Shown here one piece after another: positions 8,665-15,844 of a stretch of 32,000 bases of DNA. The notes under the pieces were generated by a model. That model did no database searches. It saw nothing but the letters and a program-made list of their open reading frames with translations, and was not told where the DNA came from. The number at the start of each line of letters is the position of its first letter. Position 1 is the stretch's first letter. The stretch is from positions 1,590,001-1,622,000 of the forward strand of contig NZ_LT549890.1 in the NCBI RefSeq assembly GCF_900079115.1, read 5' to 3'. The translations under genes and the position numbers were made by a program. Source of the stretch: Saccharolobus solfataricus. GTDB lineage: Archaea; Thermoproteota; Thermoprotei_A; Sulfolobales; Sulfolobaceae.

Positions 8665-11073
8665 ATGTGGATAGTCCATGGCGTATGGGACGGAAAGAGA
8701 TTCGGTATATGGGCTGAGAACAATGAGTATTATAGATTTGCCAGTGTAAATGATCTGTATAGTTTAGCAGAAGCTCTTGATTTTTATCCAGAATTTAAAA
8801 ATGAGAATATCATATTTCCAGTAGATAGCAATGGCAACCCGGTGTTTTATGATTATAGTTCGGCGTCTGGAGTATCCTCCTTTGAGGTAACCGTAGCTAA
8901 AGCCCGTTTAGATGAAGTTTTTAAAATACTTAGATTAAAGAAAGTGAAAGACGTATTGTATTCTTCATCCATGTTTTTCTGGCGTGATCTGTTGAAGACA
9001 ACACTTGAACTTGTAAAGTCTGGAGATATAGTTCCTACCTTAAATGTAGCTAGAAAGAGAATTGATAATTCCCTTATGCGGGAAACGAGTCTCTACAAGC
9101 AAGAAATCATTTGGAAACCTCTAATTGAGGATAATGATATAATAAACGTAGCTAATAAGGCTCCGCCTGATGCTTTTTTGGAAAATTCAGAAAGGCTCGA
9201 TTTAATTAAATCTTTTATACAAGAAATTATTCATTATATAGTTTCAGAATCGTTAAGTGAAAACTATAACATAATATTATCGTCCATACTTAAAAGGAGA
9301 ACTATAGATCCGTATTCACTAATTCAAGATGTTAAAAAATCTAATTATACACTGTACTTTGCTCTTCTTTATAATGACGAGGGAGGGAAGATAATATCTG
9401 GATTATTCAATAAAGATGAGAATACTATAATTACATTTGATGTTATTCACAATAATGAATACTTAAAGCGGATATATTATGATCTTCTCTCCTCCACGAC
9501 TAATATGTACTATAAACTGAATGGATTGTTTCTTGGTGAAGTTAACCTTGATGCAAAGGAGCTCGATGATTTTCTCGAAATAGTTCCTAAACTTAGGCAT
9601 AGAGGTTTTAAGGTATTTACAAAGATAAAGAGAATTAGGCCGATAATAAGAATAAACAGTGACTCGTACGGTGTATTTTCACGTAATATGCTGTCCGATT
9701 TTGATTACAAGATATCGATAGGTGATAAGGACATTTCTGAAGAAGAGTTCATGAAATTAGTAAGTGAGAATAGAACAATTGTTGAATTGGGAGGAAATCT
9801 TGTAGAGATAGACGAGAAATCGTTGCAGAAGATTAAAGATTTATTATATAAAATAAAATCTAAAAAAATCGATAAAATAGATATTCTGAGGGAGTCTCTA
9901 CTGGGAGATATTGAAATTAATGACGAATTATTGGATAGACTTAGGGGGAATAAATCCTTTCAATTATTGGAGCCCTATAATATAAAGGCTAACCTAAGAC
10001 CATATCAAATTAAGGGATTTTCTTGGATGAGGTTTATGAATAAATTGGGTTTTGGTATTTGTCTGGCAGATGATATGGGATTAGGTAAAACTTTACAGAC
10101 CATAGCGGTATTTTCAGACGCCAAGAAGGAGAATGAGTTGACCCCCTCACTTGTCATATGTCCTTTATCAGTTTTAAAGAATTGGGAAGAAGAGTTGAGT
10201 AAGTTCGCTCCTCATTTAAGGTTCGCAGTATTTCATGAAGATAGATCTAAGATTAAATTGGAGGATTACGATATAATACTCACCACATACGCCGTTTTGC
10301 TGAGAGATACAAGATTAAAAGAGGTTGAATGGAAATATATTGTAATAGATGAGGCACAGAATATTAAAAATCCCCAAACTAAAATTTTTAAAGCTGTCAA
10401 AGAGTTAAAGTCTAAATACAGAATAGCTCTTACGGGGACGCCAATAGAGAATAAAGTTGATGATTTATGGTCGATAATGACTTTTCTCAATCCTGGGTTA
10501 TTAGGGAGTTACAGTGAGTTTAAGAGTAAATTCGCCACACCTATCAAAAAAGGAGATAATATGGCTAAAGAGGAGTTAAAGGCAATAATATCCCCTTTTA
10601 TTTTAAGAAGAACTAAATACGATAAGGCAATAATCAACGATTTACCAGATAAAATAGAGACAAATGTATATTGTAATTTAACTCCCGAACAAGCTGCTAT
10701 GTACAAAGCTGAAGTGGAAAATTTATTTAATAATATTGACTCTGTTACAGGAATAAAGAGAAAGGGTATGATTTTATCTACTTTGCTCAAATTAAAACAA
10801 ATCGTGGATCATCCTGCACTACTGAAAGGAGGCGAACAGTCTGTACGAAGATCTGGGAAAATGATAAGAACTATGGAAATTATTGAGGAAGCGTTAGATG
10901 AAGGAGATAAAATAGCTATTTTCACACAATTTGTAGATATGGGGAAAATAATAAGAAATATTATTGAAAAGGAGTTGAATACTGAAGTTCCTTTCTTATA
11001 TGGAGAACTATCTAAAAAAGAGAGAGATGATAGGGAGTGTTCTCATGCAGTCATCTTATTCGATATCATATAG
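8665..11073 (+). CDS. SNF2 ATPase N-terminal fragment (N-terminal region plus motifs I-IV) with a 13-aa IS-encoded tail
   Basis: This is a track ORF of 802 aa. The last residues RECSHAVILFDII are translated from the ISC1173 terminal repeat. Confidence 0.85.
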   Translation: MWIVHGVWDGKRFGIWAENNEYYRFASVNDLYSLAEALDFYPEFKNENIIFPVDSNGNPVFYDYSSASGVSSFEVTVAKARLDEVFKILRLKKVKDVLYSSSMFFWRDLLKTTLELVKSGDIVPTLNVARKRIDNSLMRETSLYKQEIIWKPLIEDNDIINVANKAPPDAFLENSERLDLIKSFIQEIIHYIVSESLSENYNIILSSILKRRTIDPYSLIQDVKKSNYTLYFALLYNDEGGKIISGLFNKDENTIITFDVIHNNEYLKRIYYDLLSSTTNMYYKLNGLFLGEVNLDAKELDDFLEIVPKLRHRGFKVFTKIKRIRPIIRINSDSYGVFSRNMLSDFDYKISIGDKDISEEEFMKLVSENRTIVELGGNLVEIDEKSLQKIKDLLYKIKSKKIDKIDILRESLLGDIEINDELLDRLRGNKSFQLLEPYNIKANLRPYQIKGFSWMRFMNKLGFGICLADDMGLGKTLQTIAVFSDAKKENELTPSLVICPLSVLKNWEEELSKFAPHLRFAVFHEDRSKIKLEDYDIILTTYAVLLRDTRLKEVEWKYIVIDEAQNIKNPQTKIFKAVKELKSKYRIALTGTPIENKVDDLWSIMTFLNPGLLGSYSEFKSKFATPIKKGDNMAKEELKAIISPFILRRTKYDKAIINDLPDKIETNVYCNLTPEQAAMYKAEVENLFNNIDSVTGIKRKGMILSTLLKLKQIVDHPALLKGGEQSVRRSGKMIRTMEIIEEALDEGDKIAIFTQFVDMGKIIRNIIEKELNTEVPFLYGELSKKERDDRECSHAVILFDII

Positions 11074-12205
11074 TAAAACTATATCAAGTTTTCTCTAATA
11101 TACTGTACTCCCTTCAAGTATGTCTCATTTAAGGGAGTTCTCTCCTTTGAAAATACGTGAGGGTACATTACATTCAACAAGGCCAAACTGTACTCCGCCA
11201 TCCTCCCACTCCTAGTAACAGCTTTAGTATCCCTAGCCAGCCTCGCCAAATGAGACCTACACCAAGAATTATGACTCTCCACAAGATAAGTATACTTCTT
11301 ACTCGCTACACGATTATCGAGAACTTGATAAACACAATAGTAGTCAGTATAGTTTACCTCACTCCTAGGTAACCAACCCAAGAGATAACGAAAAGTCCCG
11401 TAACTCCTATCCCCAAACTCATAGAAAGGCACACCATCAGCAAGAGCAGTCCAAATCCACAAATCCTCCCTTATCACCCCATGCCTAACACGGAAATAAG
11501 TCCAGAACTCGTCAAACACTGTAGACTTAGCTGTGAAATTCTTGAGCTCACCCTTCAAGATCGTTAGATTCGTAAAGGCCCTTATCCCAACCCTCCTCAC
11601 TAGGCTGTAAACAGTAGTCAATGGTTTACCTTCAACTCTTGATATTGCCCTCATGCTCATCCTGTTCAAGTACTCCTTTAAGATTCTCTCCCTCTGTTCC
11701 CTATCCATTCTATGACTTGTGACGTCGTAAAACGTCCTTCCACACGCTTTACACTTGTATTTTGCTTTCCCTCTAGATGAACCGTTCTTCACTACTCTGT
11801 TAGAGTTACATGATGGACATGTTGGTCTGCTTTCTCCTCTCCTCCTTATCCCTACTTTCCTCAAGTAGTAGTATAGGGTTGATGGTGGGATTCCCGTTTT
11901 CGTGATTTGAACTCCCAAGGAGTAGGCTGCTAATGCTAATGCAATATCCTTTAGCTCGTACTTTCTCGGCTTAAGATTTAAATTTCTTAGAATCATAAGT
12001 ATTAATTGTGCGAGGGTTACGAGGTCCATATTGGTAACCCTCACAAAAAATCTCGTAACCCTCGCACATAAGCTTTTTCAGAGGCTGTTTTCATGTTCTA
12101 ATTCATTGGCTGCATCTCGATCGAAACGACTAATTGTGGAAATTTCTAGCCTGATTTAATTTTACTATATGATATCGAATAAGATGACTGCATGAGAACA
12201 CTCCC
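11033..12205 (-). mobile_element. ISC1173 insertion sequence (exactly 1173 bp), IS1-family-like
   Basis: It has 46-bp perfect terminal inverted repeats (gggagtgttctcatgcagtcatcttattcgatatcatatagtaaaa). A perfect 8-bp target duplication AGATGATA sits at 11025-11032 and 12206-12213. It holds a single transposase ORF. The family assignment is from memory. Confidence 0.9.
11079..12044 (-). CDS. ISC1173 transposase
   Basis: The ORF is 321 aa. It has an N-terminal zinc finger CPSCNSNRVVKNG...YKCKACGRTF followed by an HTH-like region, as in IS1 InsA-InsB-type enzymes. The true start may be ATG at 12029 (MDLVTLAQ...) rather than GTG at 12044. Confidence 0.85.
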   Translation of the reverse strand: MRVTNMDLVTLAQLILMILRNLNLKPRKYELKDIALALAAYSLGVQITKTGIPPSTLYYYLRKVGIRRRGESRPTCPSCNSNRVVKNGSSRGKAKYKCKACGRTFYDVTSHRMDREQRERILKEYLNRMSMRAISRVEGKPLTTVYSLVRRVGIRAFTNLTILKGELKNFTAKSTVFDEFWTYFRVRHGVIREDLWIWTALADGVPFYEFGDRSYGTFRYLLGWLPRSEVNYTDYYCVYQVLDNRVASKKYTYLVESHNSWCRSHLARLARDTKAVTRSGRMAEYSLALLNVMYPHVFSKERTPLNETYLKGVQYIRENLI

Positions 12206-12566
12206 AGATGATATAATTTCAAAGTTTCAGAACAACCCATCAGTGAAATTTATAGTTCTCTCCGTTAAGGCAGGAGGTTTCGGAATAAATCTAACTTCTG
12301 CCAATAGAGTTATTCATTTTGATCGATGGTGGAATCCAGCAGTCGAGGATCAAGCTACAGATAGGGTTTACAGAATAGGGCAAACTAGGAACGTCATTGT
12401 CCATAAACTGATAAGCGTAGGTACTTTAGAGGAGAAAATAGATCAACTATTAGCATTTAAAAGATCGTTATTTAAGGATATAATATCTTCTGGAGACTCG
12501 TGGATTACTGAACTAAGTACAGAGGAATTAAGGAAGGTGATAGAACTCTCTGTAGGTGGATATTAA
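12192..12566 (+). CDS. SNF2 ATPase C-terminal fragment (motifs V-VI); its ATG lies inside the ISC1173 terminal repeat
   Basis: This track ORF of 124 aa starts MRTLP, where MRTLP is encoded by catgagaacactccc of the IS end. From DDIISKF onward it is in frame with the authentic SNF2 sequence. Confidence 0.7.
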   Translation: MRTLPDDIISKFQNNPSVKFIVLSVKAGGFGINLTSANRVIHFDRWWNPAVEDQATDRVYRIGQTRNVIVHKLISVGTLEEKIDQLLAFKRSLFKDIISSGDSWITELSTEELRKVIELSVGGY

Positions 12567-13219
12567 TGAAAAGAGGGTGGTTGTTTGACTTCGGAAAGAA
12601 TATAAGAGAAGAAATTGATGATGGTAGAGCCAGTAGGGGAAGAGAATATGTAAGAAATGGTGCGGTGAGAAAGATAGAGATAAACCCTGGAAAAATAGCA
12701 GCCCAAGTTTCAGGCACAAAGTTATACGATGTTAATATATATGGTAATACTCTTTCTGAAGAAGATAAAAGAAAAGTGATAAATATAATTAATAAAAAAG
12801 GTTATTTATCGTCTCTGCTTTCCTATAAGTTTCCTACATCCATAATTGACGATTTAGATGAAGAAGGTATCGAGTTAATTCCAAGAAATTTATCTTATGA
12901 ATGCACTTGTCCAGATTACCAAAGACCTTGTAAGCACATATACGCCGTATATCTTACTGCATATGATATAATTAGTAATAACCCGCTTCTTTTATTTAAG
13001 TTTCTTGGTATAAATAAAGAGGAATTAATTTATGAGAAAGGACAGAAAATAATGCAGGAAATTTCAGTAAAAGACTTCCAGAGGAAATATGAATTTCCAA
13101 GTATAAAATTCGTGAACGCTAAGCCATGGAATAAGTTTGGCAATGATAAGGAAGTTGTAAAACACATGTATATGCTGATCATGAAAACTGCTGAGAGAAA
13201 AATAGACGAACTTAAGTAA
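12566..13219 (+). CDS. SWIM zinc-finger protein, translationally coupled to the SNF2 gene
   Basis: CTCPDYQRPCKHIYAV is the SWIM signature CxCx(n)CxH. A TAATG stop/start overlap occurs at 12564-12568. GGTG lies 7 nt upstream of the ATG. Length is 217 aa. Confidence 0.8.
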   Translation: MKRGWLFDFGKNIREEIDDGRASRGREYVRNGAVRKIEINPGKIAAQVSGTKLYDVNIYGNTLSEEDKRKVINIINKKGYLSSLLSYKFPTSIIDDLDEEGIELIPRNLSYECTCPDYQRPCKHIYAVYLTAYDIISNNPLLLFKFLGINKEELIYEKGQKIMQEISVKDFQRKYEFPSIKFVNAKPWNKFGNDKEVVKHMYMLIMKTAERKIDELK

Positions 13220-13264
13220 CGTCCTCCCGCTTAGTTAGTCTGTTGAATATTTTTAAATTAAATC

Positions 13265-13370
13265 ACTATTATCTCCCTTTCAATTAATCTCAGGGTGTAC
13301 AATTTAGGCTTGCGAGATCTCTCAACTCTTTGGGAAAATTCAACAAGTCCACAAAGCAGATTGAGAAAAA
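13265..13370 (+). repeat. Direct repeat B (about 106 nt) immediately downstream of the SWIM gene
   Basis: It is a homologue of repeat A (8517-8627) in the same orientation and starts 46 nt after the SWIM stop. Confidence 0.7.
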
Positions 13371-14142
13371 GTCATAAGTTTGTATATATAGAATATAAGA
13401 CGTTATTCTTCTAAAAGAAGTATGTAAATATTATTTAAGCTTATCTTGAAAGATAGGAACACAAGGAAAGGCGAGTAACTATAAAGACCTAAGGACTTAA
13501 GTTATATGTATATAGGACAAAGCAGTTGTTTGAGAGAATAATGAAATCTGCAAGTGAAATACCTAGTGATTGTACAATTTATTCATGATCAGTTAAACGT
13601 TACTGTTTCCAGAAATTTGTTACACTTTATAATTCATTAATAAGTTTCTTATAAATAGTGATAACAAGGAATCAATTAATCAAGTTGATAAGCTTTATGT
13701 ATTCATTAAGGCCAATACAATGGAATTATTTTTAATGATATTTTATAAAATAATACTAGACTATAGACTTACTGGAAGTAGTAGTGAGTTTAGATACTAA
13801 AATATCAAGGAGCAAAAAGGGAATTAGTAAACTACCCAGCTTTACGACGGGGCATCCCCACCTCATGATTCTCTGCTTCTCTGAGCAATCTTTATCCCCC
13901 ATAGTAGAGGTTCCATTGAACCTTCTATAATATATGGAAGAGGGGTTACGGCGAGTTCGCTCTACACAAGCACTAAGGGCAGACCCATGATCCAGCTCTT
14001 TCTGCCAAGGTCTGATTCATTTTTATCACTTTTTTGATAATAAACTTTTCTAAAAGGGTGCTATTCATCCAATGGTACGGGACTTTCGCCCCTCAACACC
14101 CGATAAGGTAAGGACGGCGTTATCACTACTTTGAAGTTCAGA

Positions 14143-14326
14143 TAGCATTTATAGGAAAATCGTTACACTTTTACGTTACGTTAAAAATATATAACGAATC
14201 TTTCCTGGTTAGATGAGAAATGTTTATTGATAAGCTATAATATTAAGAAGTACAATGAAAGATATTTATAAATACATGGATAAATATTTTGACTTTTTAT
14301 GATAAGGGAATTTCCTAAAACTACTA
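14143..14326 (+). mobile_element. SM2-type MITE (184 bp, ISC1217-related)
   Basis: The ends are tagcatttataggaaaatc and gaatttcctaaaactacta, which form an imperfect IR (15/19). The left end matches the ISC1217 end. A perfect 6-bp TSD TTCAGA sits at 14137-14142 and 14327-14332. It has no ORF. The 184-bp length matches my memory of SM2. Confidence 0.75.
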
Positions 14327-14429
14327 TTCAGATTACAAAACTATCTTTAGCGTACTTGAGGAGAGAAGTATGTAAGAGATCTTGATGTAAATTTGCTGGC
14401 CTAAGAATAACTTCATCTTTATCTTAGAA

Positions 14430-14444
14430 AACTTTATATATTAC
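14430..14444 (+). promoter_or_regulatory. Putative TATA box for the leaderless vapBC-2 transcript
   Basis: aactttatatattac is centred about 26 nt upstream of ATG 14463. Confidence 0.45.
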
Positions 14445-14462
14445 TATAACTAGTTCCTAATA

Positions 14463-14702
14463 ATGGAAGAGGTTAAGGTAACGAGGAATTATCAGATTAC
14501 CATACCTTATGAAATAAGGCAAAAATTAGGAATAAAAATAGGTGATAAGCTAATTGTGACAGTTGATGGAGACAAAATAGTTATTGAAAAGAAGAAGGGA
14601 AATATATCTTCTCTAAACTTAACTTTAGGTAAGAAAATAACTGATGAGGAAATAAATGAGACAATAAATGAGGCTGGAAGAGAAATTGCAGACAGTAGTT
14701 GA
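14463..14702 (+). CDS. vapB: AbrB/SpoVT-family antitoxin VapB
   Basis: The N-terminus VKVTRNYQITIPYEIRQKLGIKIGDKLIVTVDGDKIVIEK is a typical swapped-hairpin AbrB/MazE fold signature. It overlaps the downstream PIN gene. Confidence 0.8.
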   Translation: MEEVKVTRNYQITIPYEIRQKLGIKIGDKLIVTVDGDKIVIEKKKGNISSLNLTLGKKITDEEINETINEAGREIADSS

Positions 14703-15048
14703 TACAAATTTTATAATAGCCATAATTTTTAGGGACCATGAGAAACATGAAGAAGCATTAAAGGAATGGGAAATTATTGAAAAAGCTTACTTGCCCCTAA
14801 TTTCACTATCAGAACTCTCCTATTTTCTAATAAAAAACGGCGTGAATCTTGAAGTAGTAAATGAGGTAATAAGCGATCCGAAAATTGAGATAGTCCCAAA
14901 TACAATAGAGGACGTTCGTTTTGCGTTAGCTAACAAAGAGAAAATAAAGGGATATGACGATTTTAACGACTTCCTAATACTCTCAACAGCTAAAAGGCTC
15001 GATCTACCTTTACTTACTTTTGATAAAAAACTGAAAATGAAAAGTTAA
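14668..15048 (+). CDS. vapC: PIN-domain toxin VapC
   Basis: VVDTNFIIAI is the N-terminal PIN aspartate motif, with a C-terminal DDFNDFLILSTAK. The likely true start is TTG 14686 (MQTVVDTN), giving a 17-nt overlap with vapB. Confidence 0.8.
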   Translation: MRLEEKLQTVVDTNFIIAIIFRDHEKHEEALKEWEIIEKAYLPLISLSELSYFLIKNGVNLEVVNEVISDPKIEIVPNTIEDVRFALANKEKIKGYDDFNDFLILSTAKRLDLPLLTFDKKLKMKS

Positions 15049-15262
15049 CCGTATTCCAGAATCTGGGAGTGTTTTTACGCTGGCCTCATTTGATATTGAC
15101 TAGTGGCAAAATTATACCGCATTATCGTAATATACTGTTTTCTCTTCAAGTAGATCTCGTTCAAGTGAGTTCCTCTCTTGAAGTAGGGATACATAACGCC
15201 GTGGATAACAGTTTCGCATTGAGCGTAAAGTTTATATTAGTTCATTATAAATTTTTTATACA

Positions 15263-15844
15263 ATGCTAAGACCAAAGGAAGTATGCCAAAGACTAGGAAT
15301 ATCCTACCCAACACTTAGGGAATACGTGAAGAAAGGATACATAAAACCGGTCATATTGCAGAGCGGAAAGTGGAGATTCAATGAGGAAGACGTAGAGAAA
15401 TTAATGGGAATAGTAAAAAGGAGAAAAGTGGTACTTTACGCTAGAGTATCATCAAAACAAAAAGACGAGCTAGTGAACCAAGTAAAGTATTTAGAGGAAC
15501 AAGTGAAAGAATACGACCTAGTAATTACTGACATAGGTTCCGGGTTAAACATGAAGAGAAAGGGATTCTTGAAATTGCTGAGAATGATATTAAACAACGA
15601 AGTATCACGCGTAGTTATTGCTTACCCAGATAGGCTAGTTAGGTTCGGTTTCGAAATCCTAGAGGAGACTTGTAAAGCACATGGCTGTGAAATAGTAGTA
15701 CTAAACCAAGAGGACAAGACACCAGAAGAAGAATTGGTTGAAGACTTAGTCTCAGTACTAGTCTCGTTCAGCGAGAAACTGTATGGTATGAGAAGTCATA
15801 AATACGAGAAGGTGAAGAAATGTGCTGAAGAACTTAAGAATTAG
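15263..15844 (+). CDS. tnpA: IS607-family serine-recombinase transposase TnpA
   Basis: A MerR-like HTH LRPKEVCQRLGISYPTLREYVKKGYIKP is followed by a resolvase catalytic domain VVLYARVSSKQKDEL. Length is 193 aa. Confidence 0.85.
   Translation: MLRPKEVCQRLGISYPTLREYVKKGYIKPVILQSGKWRFNEEDVEKLMGIVKRRKVVLYARVSSKQKDELVNQVKYLEEQVKEYDLVITDIGSGLNMKRKGFLKLLRMILNNEVSRVVIAYPDRLVRFGFEILEETCKAHGCEIVVLNQEDKTPEEELVEDLVSVLVSFSEKLYGMRSHKYEKVKKCAEELKN

Larger units (their letters stand above)
8665..12566 (+). pseudogene. SWI2/SNF2 (Rad54-like) ATPase gene interrupted by ISC1173; the reconstructed ORF is 906 aa
   Basis: Deleting 11033-12213 (the IS plus one TSD copy) joins ...KKERDD to IISKFQNNPSVKF... in frame. 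Helicase motifs are LADDMGLGKT (I), VIDEAQNIKN (II), LTGTPIEN (III), KIAIFTQF (IV), then after the IS, SVKAGGFGINLT (V) and QATDRVYRIGQ (VI). Confidence 0.9.

Noticed and set aside
14080-14106. GCGAAAGTCC-containing motif reminiscent of the RNase P RNA conserved region (GGAAAGUCC)
   Set aside because: It occurs twice in the window (also at 30533-30558), next to transposase-like relics. It lacks the surrounding RNase P helices. An IS subterminal sequence is the simpler explanation.
15069-15269. 66-aa ORF between vapC-2 and the IS607-type tnpA
   Set aside because: It covers the repeat-containing probable left end and promoter region of the IS. It starts at a non-ATG codon, has no ribosome-binding site or TATA box, and its composition looks non-coding.
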